Of a DNA stretch of 64,000 nucleotides, positions 33,302-44,306 are shown piece by piece. The notes under the pieces were generated by a model. That model saw only the letters and a list, made by a program, of their open reading frames with translations. It did not search any database and was not told where the DNA came from. Position numbers and translations under genes: made by a program. The stretch lies in NCBI GenBank assembly GCA_001661245.1, contig KV454018.1, positions 377,944 through 441,943 on the forward strand, given 5' to 3'. Source of the DNA: Pachysolen tannophilus NRRL Y-2460 (Eukaryota). Position 1 is the first letter of the stretch, and every line of letters begins with the position of its first letter.

Positions 33302-35032
33302 ATTGAATTTCCAACGATATTATTACCCGATGGAGTTGTTGCTGGGTCTATAGTTAAGATCAAGTGTGAAAAAGATTCTGAATTAGAAAAAAATGAAATT
33401 GAACAATTTAATAGAATTCAACAAGAAATTTTAGAAAAATTTGGTAAAAATTTACCTAAAAATCCAATTTTAAAAATTAAAAATGTTACTCAAACAAGTT
33501 GTGTTTTAGAATGGGATAAATTAGAATTAAGTACAAGTAAGATAAAATCATTAATATTATATAAAAATGGTTTAAAATTAGGAAATATACCAAATCCTTT
33601 ACAAAATACAACAATTAAACTTTCAGGTTTACCAATTGATACACAATATAAATTTCAATTAAAATTATATACAACAGCAGGTGTTTTTAATTCAAATGAA
33701 ATTATTGTTCAAACTCATAAAATGACTGATCTTTCTGGTATTACAGTTTGTTTGGGTGAAATTGATGATCCAAAGATAACTTCAAATACAATTTCTAATA
33801 TTTTAAATAAAATTGGTGCAAAACCATTACAAGATAAAGTTAAAGTTGATACAACTCATTTTATTTGTACTAAACCAACTGGGAAAGAATGGAAACGAGC
33901 AATTGATAGTAATATCCCAATTGTAAGACCAGAATGGTTAAAAGCTTGTGAATTAGAAAGAAGAATCATTGGTGTTAGAATGTTTTATTTAGATGCTGAT
34001 CCAAGTGCTTTACAACAACATGATTATTGGGGTTCAGGTAAACTGAAACAAAAAGAACCATTGGATCTGGAGAAAAAGGATCAAGAAATTACAAATGGAA
34101 ATGGAAATGCTGATGGAAGTGGTGATGTGGGTGGAGAACAAGTATCATCAAATGGCGGTTCACAATTAGAAGATGCTGCTAAACTCACTGAAAACCTCGA
34201 AAAAGAACAAGACCCAAAACTGGATACTGAACCACATCCAGAAGAAATTGTACAGCTGCAAATTGTAGAACCTCCAATTGCTTCAACTGATGCTGTTACT
34301 GATGCTGTTACTGATGCTACAACGGAAGCTACCCCGGAAGCAACACTGGAAGCAACACTGGAAGCAACTGCAGTCACTACTGAAGCTACTGAAGCTACTG
34401 AGGAAACTAACGGTGATCTTTCCACAGAAGCTACATCAACTGTTCCAATCGATAATGGACAACTGCTGCTGGAAATTGCAAAAGAACAACTGCAACCACC
34501 GATAAACGGATTTGACGAAGTTCCAATTGATGATGAACTGCTGCTGCTGCCACTAGAACTGGAGCTGCCACTAGAACTGCTGCTGGAACTGGAACTGCCA
34601 CTAGAACTGCTGCTGGAACTGGAACCGGCACTAGCTGAGATTCCACCAGTAGCTGTTTCTGATGAAACCCAAGAAGAATATAAATTGGAAGAAGTTACTG
34701 GAGAAGATACAGCCAAAGAGATCGAACTGCCACTGCCGCTGCTGCTACCACTGCCGCTGCTGCTACCACTGCAACTGCCACTGCAAGAACCTGAACTGGT
34801 GCTGGAAGTAGAATCAAAACTGCAACTGGATTCATCAGAAGCTAAGGAAACAACAGAGGTAAATGGAGTTGAGAAAGAAGAAGAAGCAGGTGATGATGAA
34901 GGAGCTGAAGCACCTGAAGATGATGAAGCATCCGAGAACAACAATAATGCTGTAGAAACAAAAGATAACATAAATTCTGCTCCAAAAACGAACAGTAAGA
35001 AAAAAAACAAAAAGAAAAAGGGAAAAAAATAA
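33302..35032 (+). CDS. CHS5: Exomer core subunit Chs5 (true start codon unresolved)
   Basis: The frame of ORF 33722 extends upstream through [20 protein letters not shown] (33302), FN3 ([24 protein letters not shown]) and BRCT ([19 protein letters not shown]); acidic tail; [11 protein letters not shown] end. Confidence 0.9.
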   Translation: MEFPTILLPDGVVAGSIVKIKCEKDSELEKNEIEQFNRIQQEILEKFGKNLPKNPILKIKNVTQTSCVLEWDKLELSTSKIKSLILYKNGLKLGNIPNPLQNTTIKLSGLPIDTQYKFQLKLYTTAGVFNSNEIIVQTHKMTDLSGITVCLGEIDDPKITSNTISNILNKIGAKPLQDKVKVDTTHFICTKPTGKEWKRAIDSNIPIVRPEWLKACELERRIIGVRMFYLDADPSALQQHDYWGSGKLKQKEPLDLEKKDQEITNGNGNADGSGDVGGEQVSSNGGSQLEDAAKLTENLEKEQDPKLDTEPHPEEIVQLQIVEPPIASTDAVTDAVTDATTEATPEATLEATLEATAVTTEATEATEETNGDLSTEATSTVPIDNGQLLLEIAKEQLQPPINGFDEVPIDDELLLLPLELELPLELLLELELPLELLLELEPALAEIPPVAVSDETQEEYKLEEVTGEDTAKEIELPLPLLLPLPLLLPLQLPLQEPELVLEVESKLQLDSSEAKETTEVNGVEKEEEAGDDEGAEAPEDDEASENNNNAVETKDNINSAPKTNSKKKNKKKKGKK

Positions 35033-35097
35033 CTTCAAAATAGTTTAGAGTAATCGTCAATTCGTTGAAAAGGATTTAAAAAGAAAAAGCCAAAAGA

Positions 35098-35137
<40 letters not shown>

Positions 35138-35444
35138 TTTCAAAGACGATTGCGTCAATTTACTTTAGATTTTAATACTTGCTTTGACTTATTTTCAATT
35201 TTTATTATTATTATTATTATTACTATTAGAGAATTTTTATTTTAGTTTTTTGTTTTAACTTCTTCTTGATGATATCAATTGGTGTGTAAAATCGAGATAA
35301 ACTCAACTTAACTCAACTCATTCATTACATTTTATTGAAAGATAAAAATTAACTGTACATCAGCATTCTTTTCATATATATTTATATAAAAAGCAAAAGA
35401 ACAAAAGAACAAAAAAGAAACCTAAAAAATTTTTTTCCAAATTG

Positions 35445-35813
35445 TTACTCTCCAAACAATCTTCTAACTCTTCTTAAGATACTATCCTTTTCTGGATCAT
35501 ATGGATGATCTTTAGAAGGTATTTCTAATACAGCTGGAAACGCTTTAGTAAAAGTATCAACTTTAAATCTAATTCTTTCTGCAATATGTTGATTTATTAA
35601 TAATACAGCAATATCATCTCTTGTCTCTGTATATAGTTCAAACAGCTTTTCAATATCTTCATCTTGTGATTTGGAATCAATTATTATAAAATTTTTTTCC
35701 TTGTTCAATTCAGATGAAATAGAACCAATACCGGCAAGAAGCATACCTGTTACAGTATCTTCATCACCAATTACAGCTATTAGTGTTCTGTTTTTATTTG
35801 CTTCTGATGTCAT
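35445..35813 (-). CDS. VMA7: V-ATPase V1 subunit F
   Basis: [46 protein letters not shown] at 35813. Confidence 0.95.
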   Translation of the reverse strand: MTSEANKNRTLIAVIGDEDTVTGMLLAGIGSISSELNKEKNFIIIDSKSQDEDIEKLFELYTETRDDIAVLLINQHIAERIRFKVDTFTKAFPAVLEIPSKDHPYDPEKDSILRRVRRLFGE

Positions 35814-36146
35814 GCCAAAAACAATTATATTCCAATTCTTTGAATCAAATTCTTTGAATCCACCTCTAAGATCTGGCCTGAGCAATTGATTGAGGCAATT
35901 GATTGAATTTCAATTAATTTGATTAATTAATTATTAAAAATTAAAGATATTTTTAAATGTTGTTGATATTGACACAGTAGACTTCAAATGGAAATTTTGT
36001 ATAAATCTTTTCACATATAATAATAATAAATATGATAATTTTAATTTATTTTAATTTATTTTAATTTATTTTAATTTTTTTCCTTTTTCTTTTTCAAGGC
36101 CACTGATTTAAGAGTGAGAATTGATCTGGTGTTGGATCTTGTAATA

Positions 36147-37003
36147 ATGATGATGATGATAGCGTTGAAGAATCCACTGGTTGGTCATGTATTTAGAAAA
36201 TATCATCCACAACATCGATTTATTAGATTTTTCAATTTGACTAGTTTTAAATTTTCAGGGCATAATAAATGGTCATCCATAAAGCATGATAAAGCTAGAA
36301 ATGATATGGAGAGGAGTAAAGTAGCATTTAAGACAGCACAGCAGATAACTATGGCGGTGAAGTTAGGTGGGTCTGATCCTGTAGGGAATCCAGCGTTATC
36401 ATATGCTCTTGAAAAAGCCAAAAAATTAAATGTGGTTAAAAAAGTTGTTGAAAATGCAATTAAAAGAGGTATGGGTCAAGCTGGTGATAAGGATAATTTA
36501 GAGACTGCTGTATATGAGGGTATTGCACCTGGAGGGGTTTCTGTAATTATTGAGCTGCTTACTGATAATAAATCTCGTACTATTGGTTTTGTAAAACCAT
36601 GTTTTAGTAAATTTAATTGTCAATTAACACCAACTTTATATCAATTTGATAAAAAAGGTTTTATAACTGTTGATAGAGGTGATAAATCATTTGATGAGAT
36701 ATTTGAAGATATTGTAGAGATTGGATGTGAAGATATTGAAGAATTACCAATAGATGAAGAAGAAAATCCAGATGGAAAATTTTTAGAAATTATTACAGGA
36801 CCTACAGAAACTGGTCAATTTTCTAATGAATTGAAAAAAAAAATTATATTATAAAAGATGTTAGTATTGGATACCTTCCAAAGAAAGATATGATAGTTAC
36901 TTTAGAAAATGAAGATCAAAAACTGACTTTTGAAAAATTCATGAGATTAGTTGATGATATTGATGATGTCAGTAATGTATATACAAATTTAAAACAAGAT
37001 TGA
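36147..37003 (+). CDS. DPC29: Mitochondrial YebC/TACO1 family protein, with an apparent frameshift in an A10 run at about 36834-36843
   Basis: SGHNKWSSIKHDK, NAIKRG, YEGIAPGG, E-x-LTDN; the C-terminus continues in another frame (NYIIKDVSIGYLP...DDIDDVSNVYTN, TGA 37001-37003); divergent from VMA7 as YGR020C/YGR021W are. Confidence 0.85.
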
Positions 37004-37421
37004 TGATTTAATAAAATTTTTCAATAATTTCTTATATATAATTATTTAAATTAAAAAAAAATATTTCATTTCTTGTATATAGATAAATAATTAAAATGGA
37101 AAATAAATATCCTATTACTACTTATAAGATAAAGAGACAAGACAATATTAATATTAAAAAGAATAAAAATAAAAATAAAAAAAAAAAAAAAGAATGTGAA
37201 AACAATTGTTCCTATATATTTATAAATAAATAGGATAGCTACATAGCATCATCATCTTTTTTAACTTTAATTATTGTAATGTCGATTGTTCATTTCAAAT
37301 AAAAAAATAAATTTATAGTTTTCAATTTTTAATAATTTTTTTTTCCCATCAGTCTTCTTCTTTCCAATATTTTAATAACTAATAACAAATGATAAATACA
37401 ATTAATAATAATTTAATCAAT

Positions 37422-37913
37422 TTACTCCTTTGAGTTAACAACTTCTTCAAATTTTTCATTAAAAGTTGGATTTTTTCTACCAAATTTTAATGTCCTATCA
37501 TTTTTAATCTTCTTTGTAGAGAAAAAGATAGCAGCTAAAAACAAAAACCAAAAAAAAAAAATTTCGTTAGTAAATAAATTAAAAAAATCAAGTTAAATTC
37601 ATCAATTACTTACAACAACAAACAGTAGCACATGCAATCACTATATAATCAAAACAAATTGGTAAAAGTAAAGTTAGTATAATTCAATAATAAGTAACGG
37701 CGCTTAGCGCCGTTACTAAAAATTAAAAAACAAACTTACACAATGGAGTAATTTCAACTGGAATACTTCTAATGAAAGAAGTTTTTTTCTATAATTCACG
37801 AGTTAGTCAGTACCGCCGAACAAACTTTTTTAAAAAAAAAAAAAAAAAAATCAAATAATACTAATCATGAACAAACTTACAACAGCGTTAAAAGTATATT
37901 GAGTTGGTCTCAT
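37422..37913 (-). CDS. MIN8: Small mitochondrial NDUFA4/COXFA4-like protein, four exons, 73 aa
   Basis: Exons 37913-37881, 37788-37740, 37640-37614 and 37534-37422 splice to 222 nt: MRPTQYTFNAVKKTSFIRSIPVEITPLLIACATVCCSAIFFSTKKIKNDRTLKFGRKNPTFNEKFEEVVNSKE*. All three introns are GTAAGT...(T/G)ACTAAC...TAG. Resembles YPR010C-A and lies beside a YPR011C orthologue. Confidence 0.88.
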
Positions 37914-38637
37914 TTTCTATTTTTATTATTTTTCAAATTATATATTTATATATATATATATATACGTCAAATGAGCAATTATTGTAAATTTGCCTGAACA
38001 AATACTACTATTATCAAAATATTATACTTTATTATTTTATTTAATATAGATAAAAATATATTGGTTGTAAATATTATTATAAAAAATCATCACATTTTTT
38101 TTTTCCCACTATAAAAAAGAAGTGTTTTTTTTCCTCTCTTTCTCTCTTCTTCATCTTTTTTTCGGTATTTTTAATTGAATTGAATCTCTCTCGCTTTCTA
38201 AATTGACAGAGAAACAACAAAAAAAATTTCCCTTTTGTTCTTTTTTGGTTCTTTAACACACGTCTTGTTTTTCGTTTCTTTTTTTTTCTTTTTTTTTTGA
38301 ATTTTGAACAATCTGATTTGTCCGTTTTAGTGACACTACATGTTCGGAAAAAAAAGGTGGATGGATGACAGATCGGAGACCTGTTTTACCTTGTTTTACT
38401 TTGTTTTACCAATTAGGCATTTTGTGGTTGTTTTCCTTTTTTTCCCTTTTCCGGATAGATTTCCTATTATGGAACTTATGGCAAAACTACTTAAAATGGA
38501 ACCTTTCCGTTTTTGGGTTTGTTTGTTTTTTTTGTGGTATCTATATACACTACCTTTGTCTTTGTCCGTCCTTGACTTAGGCTTAACTGAAAAAAAAAAA
38601 GTGATTGATTTATATGAGTCTTGTATATGATAACTAG

Positions 38638-39594
38638 TTATATGAACTGTTCCTTTATTAATTCATAACTGGCCCATTGTATGGCCATGCTAGGACATAT
38701 CTTGAATAAATTTGCAACTAGTCCCTTGTATAGGCCTCTGTAGCCTTCTAATTTAACTATAGTCACAAGTGCGTGAGTAACGCCTGTATACAGGAACCCC
38801 ATTTCTCCTGTACCCATACTTAATACTTGAAATCTTCTTCTTAAAATATCAAATGGATATATTAATGTTTGAGATATTCCACCACTTGCCGCACCTACAA
38901 GTAATTTCACAATTGAATCATATTTATGTTCTACTGGAACAAAAAATTCTTTTAATTTTTCATAAATTGTAAAATTTAAAGAAACATATGGTGCAACACC
39001 TAATGTTGTTGGCCATATTCCTCTATATAACCCCCAAATTTTTCCCTCATTATGATAAATATTTATTAAAGAACGAAACATTCCTGGAGGTTTTTCATTT
39101 TTAGAAACATTTATTTTTGATTTTGTTAAATTTTTTAATGATGCGGTTTGAATTGAAAGTCTTGTCTTAACAAGATCTAATGGATATGTACAAATGACTG
39201 ATGCAGCACCAGATATTCCTCCTGCAATTAATTTATTTGTAGTTGTTAATTCTAAATCTCCTGGTTTTAATAAAAATGGCTTAATATATTGATAACATGC
39301 ATATTGTACTGCACTATAAGGAAATACTCTTATACAATTAATCCCATTACCTCTAAATAAACCTTTAAAACCTTCCTCTTTCCATATTTTAATAACAGTC
39401 TTTATTACACCATCATTATATGAAGAATTTGCACCAGGTCCTTGAACTTGATATAATACTTTAACCCTTTCAAAAGGTGATACTGCAGTTCTTGAAAGAC
39501 ATCCAGCTATTCCTCCAGCTATAAATGAAGAAGTTGAATCCTTATAAATGAAATTGTTAAGTTTCCTCTTAGATATTCCAACAACTTCTGACAT
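38638..39594 (-). CDS. MRX21: Mitochondrial carrier, YPR011C/Mrx21-like
   Basis: Three PxD/ExxK/R repeats, GLFRGNGINCIRVFPYSAVQY, RLSIQTA, YPFDILRRRFQV. Confidence 0.8.
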   Translation of the reverse strand: MSEVVGISKRKLNNFIYKDSTSSFIAGGIAGCLSRTAVSPFERVKVLYQVQGPGANSSYNDGVIKTVIKIWKEEGFKGLFRGNGINCIRVFPYSAVQYACYQYIKPFLLKPGDLELTTTNKLIAGGISGAASVICTYPLDLVKTRLSIQTASLKNLTKSKINVSKNEKPPGMFRSLINIYHNEGKIWGLYRGIWPTTLGVAPYVSLNFTIYEKLKEFFVPVEHKYDSIVKLLVGAASGGISQTLIYPFDILRRRFQVLSMGTGEMGFLYTGVTHALVTIVKLEGYRGLYKGLVANLFKICPSMAIQWASYELIKEQFI

Positions 39595-39828
39595 TTAAAA
39601 AAAAATCAAGTATTATTATCATTTATTATTTAATGGGAAAATTTAAATTAAAATAATATAAGAAAATAAAAAATTAACTGAAAAATTTTTGTGTGTTTTT
39701 CTTGTTTATTTTTTTTTCTTTGTTTACACCTAAAGTTATACAATTAATATATAAATTAATTAATTAATTAATTAATTAATTAATTAATTTTTTTTTGCTT
39801 TTTTCTTTTATATATATACAAATTAAAT

Positions 39829-41016
39829 CTATGGTTTAAGATTTGGAGAAATCAATATCTTTATATGCAGATCTTTACTGGTAGCCAATTCTTTAAAGCC
39901 CTTTTCAATTGCATGTTCAAGTGGAACAATACTAGTAATTAATTGTCTCATCCTATCAATTGAGATATCTCCAGATTCAATTTTTTCAATAACTTTTTCA
40001 AAATCGGATATAGTTGAACCAATTGATCCAACAGCATATTTTTCTTGATAACTTAAATCCATAACTTTATGTAAAACTGGGACATCATGCCAAATTGCAA
40101 CATTTACTGCGACCCCATGAGTTTTCAAAGCATGGATTGAAGTTTTAAAAGTTGCAGGATTCCCACAACAATCAAATGATGCAGAAAACCCACCTTGATT
40201 TGGAGGAGCTAAATTTTTCAATTTTTGAATTTTATCATCTCCATTAAAATCATCTGGATTAAAAACTTCAACACCCAATTTTGCAGCTTGTTCTCTTCTT
40301 ATTGATGCAGGTTCAGAACAAACTATTTTACCAACTCTATGACCTTGTAAGGCTAAAATTGTTAATAAACCAATTGGTCCTCCGCCAATAACTAATGTAT
40401 CACAACCTTCTTTAACTGTACTTGCCAATTCTATAGCATGCCATGCAATTGCCAAAGGTTCTATTAATGCAGCCACATCTAAGGGAATTTTATCCTTTGG
40501 TATTTTTAAAACATGATCTGCAGAATAATTTACATATTCACTTAATGCTCCATTTTCAACACCAAGACCACAAAAACTTAAATCTTTACAACAATTTGGA
40601 TAACCTAAATAACAAGAACTACAATATGGATCATTTGAATTCTTATTAATTCCATTATAATGATTTTTCCTATCATGACAATGGCCAGTAGGTTCAACAA
40701 CTACATGATCTCCAGGTTTAATTTTTTGTACATTAGAACCAACTTCTTGAACTATACCAGAAAATTCATGACCTAAAACTAGAGGTAATTTTTTACCAGA
40801 AATTTTATCACCTGTTTCTGAAGCAGCATTGGTGAAAAAATTTGGATGTTGATATTCATGTAAATCAGTACCGCATATACCGCAATATGCAACTTTTAAC
40901 AAGACATCATCTTTCATTTTAGGTTTTTGTACTGGAATATTATTGGAAAATCGAATATCTTTTGCACCATAGTACAAGAGACCTCTCATTGTCTTGGGTA
41001 TAACATTTTTAAACAT
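39829..41016 (-). CDS. BDH1: Zinc-dependent 2,3-butanediol dehydrogenase family (MDR)
   Basis: CGICGTDLHEY, LGHEFSG, ALIEPLAIAWHA, GGGPIGL, FDCCG, IKILISP. Confidence 0.8.
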   Translation of the reverse strand: MFKNVIPKTMRGLLYYGAKDIRFSNNIPVQKPKMKDDVLLKVAYCGICGTDLHEYQHPNFFTNAASETGDKISGKKLPLVLGHEFSGIVQEVGSNVQKIKPGDHVVVEPTGHCHDRKNHYNGINKNSNDPYCSSCYLGYPNCCKDLSFCGLGVENGALSEYVNYSADHVLKIPKDKIPLDVAALIEPLAIAWHAIELASTVKEGCDTLVIGGGPIGLLTILALQGHRVGKIVCSEPASIRREQAAKLGVEVFNPDDFNGDDKIQKLKNLAPPNQGGFSASFDCCGNPATFKTSIHALKTHGVAVNVAIWHDVPVLHKVMDLSYQEKYAVGSIGSTISDFEKVIEKIESGDISIDRMRQLITSIVPLEHAIEKGFKELATSKDLHIKILISPNLKP

Positions 41017-42424
41017 TTTACAATTCCTAAACCAAAGAAACGGAGAAAAAAAAAATGAATAAAAAAAAAATTGAAAACAATTACAATTGTTAAATTGTTG
41101 AATTTTTCATTTTTTCAATCTTCCAAATTTTTTAATTAACATTTTATTGTTTGATTGCGGTTTATAAAAGTAAAAGCGGTAAAATTGCATTAAAACTTAA
41201 ATTTTTGTTTTCTAAAAAAAAGAAAACTCTACGAAATACTCAAAAATTTTTAAATATTACTATTAAGTACTACAATTACCAATAATTTCTTTAACTATCC
41301 AAAGAGTACCTAGTCCATCAAATAATCAGTTTAATTTTATAAAACAAAAATACCGGTATAGATAGATAAGTTTGGTATTTATGCAATGACAAACGCTAAC
41401 TATTTTGTAAAAATGCAGGCGAAACATAATAAAAAAAAACAACAACAAAGAAAACTTAACTCATCGATGAGTTTCCCAAAGAGGAAATGTGTTTTTCTCT
41501 TCTCTGTTATGCCCTGCTCTGCTCTGCTCCCGCCACAGCCCCTGACTTGTACTTGTACTTGTAATTTTTTTTTTTTGGCGCTCAAGCTGAAGCTTGAACA
41601 TAAGCTTACGTTCAATATAATATAATAACGCCCCCTATCTGGTCTTTATCATAGATAATTAGGGTAAAGGGAAGAGAGCAATAAAACGAAAGGAAAAGAA
41701 CGAATTGGTCAGTTTGTTTCCAGCCAGACAGGAAGGACCACCCAGACTATACGGAACCACTTTCCAAATTGCTTGCTTTATTTTATTACCCCTTTATAAA
41801 ATATGATAACAACAACCGGTATTATGTACAAAAGGTAAAAGACGATGGAAGGAAGGAAGGAAGAATGGAAGGAAGGATGAACGGAAAAAGTTAAAGAGCA
41901 AAGTAAACCCGGAACTAGTCTAATTATCTATCCTCGGGGAAAGAAATTGTAGTGCATGAAGAGTTAAACAAAAAAAAAAAAAAAATAGGTGGTCGTGGAA
42001 CACTCACCAAGAAAAAATATAAAATTTACCTGAACAACATGTGGTCTCTGCTATTCTTTTTTTGTGAATCATCAGTGTAAATGTCGGAACAATGGCTGCT
42101 TGGCAGCTTCTTACGTAATGCGTCTGTGCTTATCGAAATTCTTCTACCCCAGATTTCAATGGAAAAAGCTCCGATAGCCCATTACTGCTGTGAGTCACCA
42201 AAAATAAAGAAGAAGATGTACATATGTACATAAATAATCTGGTGTTAATTTTAATTTTAATTGATGAGGATGTAAATCAAAACGCAAGGGTATATAAACT
42301 CAGCCAAATCTCTTAAAATTTGAATTGAAAAATAAATATATATTCATAAAATATAATATAATAAAGTAAAAGGAATACTACCATTAATTTTTCATAATTA
42401 TAATACAATATTCAATTTTTAAAA

Positions 42425-42781
42425 ATGGTTGCAATTAAGAGTTTAGCTTCAATTAGAACAGTTTCAAACTGTTTTATAAGGATTAGTAATAAAAATCCTA
42501 CATCTATGAGAGCATTTACTGCTTTTACAAATAATCCATTGTTGTATTCAGACATGTCTTATCAGAGACAAGAGACTGATTTTAATTATCACTTGAATAA
42601 CGCAGTGGTCAATAATAATGGTGATGGACATACTAATACTGCAGGAAGTCAAGTTGTTATTGATAATGCACACTCAAAGTCGCATCCAAACACCAGCATA
42701 AATGAAAATTTTGAACCAGTTGTTTATAGTCCAGACACTGAAGTTCATACTATAGCTGGTACTGCTGTTCATAATGAATAA
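42425..42781 (+). CDS. Hypothetical 118-aa protein with a mitochondrial-presequence-like N-terminus
   Basis: AAAAATGG start context, TATATAAA at 42291, first ~40 aa rich in R/K/S/T with no acidic residues. Confidence 0.6.
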   Translation: MVAIKSLASIRTVSNCFIRISNKNPTSMRAFTAFTNNPLLYSDMSYQRQETDFNYHLNNAVVNNNGDGHTNTAGSQVVIDNAHSKSHPNTSINENFEPVVYSPDTEVHTIAGTAVHNE

Positions 42782-43158
42782 AAAAAATGGGAATTTTTTT
42801 TTTTCTTTCTTTCTTTTGTGGGGTAAATGAGCCATTTCAAATTTAGGTTTATCTTTTTTTTTTGGTTACTTTTAACATATATATATATATCTATAATATT
42901 CTTTCGTATTTACTATTTTTTTTTTTTTTGGGTAGCGCTATGATGAAGATTGCTGGTCATTATTCATTATTTGTCCGTGACACAATCGTCTTACATATAT
43001 ATATATATATACATTTTTTGTTTTATATTAGTATAGTGACATATGGATATATATACATATATATATATATTTGTTCATATAATATCATTACAATGTGAGG
43101 TGCAAAATTAAATTTTAAATGTAGATTACTTTTTTTTTTTCTATTTATTTAATTTAAT

Positions 43159-43886
43159 CTACAAAACGTTATCAAATTTTTCATGCTTTACGTATCCACC
43201 TCTCATGGATTTATAAACATTTCTTTTAAATTCTTCTTTATCTAAATTTAAATCATTTGCAGCGTCTTTATTCAATGGATCATTTGCATTTGGTTCCAAA
43301 AATAAAAATTGTAATCCAATTAATACAGCATTTAAACTTAATACAGGTCTCCAATCTTCTCTTAAAATATTTAAACAAACATTACCTTCTAAATCTATAT
43401 TTGGATGATATATTTTTGATAAACATTTAAATTTTGGTGGTTCAATTGGAAAATTATTATTTATTGAACAAGTAAATTTAAATTTCCCATTTTTATAAAA
43501 ACCTTCATTAGGTAATATTAATAATTCAAAATTCATTAAATCATCGGGATTAGGGAAATTTAATTTAATAGTTGGAGGTAATGATAATTCTGTTATATCT
43601 TTTTGTACTCTAATCATTGCCGGGTATATTTTAGATCCATTGCCACCACTAATTCCATTACCACCCTTTTGTACCGTTGTATTAGCATTACTTGTTTCAG
43701 ATTTATCAAATGTCGAAGAAGCTGATGATGAAGAAGAAGTTGTTAATGTTGATGATGCAGAATTTTCTTGTTCTTTTTTCAGTTTTTGAAGTTGACGTAA
43801 TTTTAACTATATAATAAATAAATCAATTATACAAGTTAGTATATTTCAAACAAAAGATAATTTCCTCTTTAATAAGAACTTACCAT
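43159..43886 (-). CDS. UBC12: NEDD8/Rub1-conjugating enzyme, two exons
   Basis: ATG 43886-43884, intron 43883-43807 (GTAAGT...TACTAAC...TAG), exon 2 43806-43159 gives MLKLRQLQK...; IYHPNIDLEGNVCLNILREDW, PNANDPLNKDAA. Confidence 0.93.
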
Positions 43887-44172
43887 TTTTTTTTTTAAAA
43901 CGGTATCAATCTATCAAAAAAATCAACTTTAATACCTTTCCAATATACATATATATATATATAAAAGTTTTAATGATTTTATTATTATTAGTATTTCAAA
44001 TCGTGCAATGAAGTTAACTATAATAATAATATAACGCACGTAATGTTAAGTAATAAAGTAGTAGTATTTTCCGAAAGTTTTTTAAGTAAAAAAAAAAAAT
44101 TAAAAATTTGCTGAAAAAAATTGAGAAAAATTAAAAATTTAAGGAAAAAGTGAGAAAAAGTAACAAAAATGG

Positions 44173-44306
44173 TGAGGGATGCGGGATTCGAACCCGCGCA
44201 TCGCAATGATACCACGGATCTTAAGTTTCGAAATCGTTTCTGGAAAAGTACTAAAAACGATTACTAGTTCCTAAACATGGCGCCTTAACCACTCGGCCAA
44301 ACCCTC
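44173..44306 (-). tRNA. tRNA-Leu, anticodon UAG, with a 52-nt intron (44269-44218)
   Basis: GAGGGTT acceptor, TGGCCGAGTGGTTAAGGC A-box, CCATG-TTTAGG^C-CGTGG anticodon arm, long variable arm, GGTTCGAATCC B-box, discriminator A, T5 terminator. Confidence 0.93.

Noticed and set aside
34081..35010. 309-aa Ser/Gly-rich antisense ORF
   Set aside because: Shadow of the CTG/GAA-rich repeats in the CHS5 tail; fully overlaps a conserved gene
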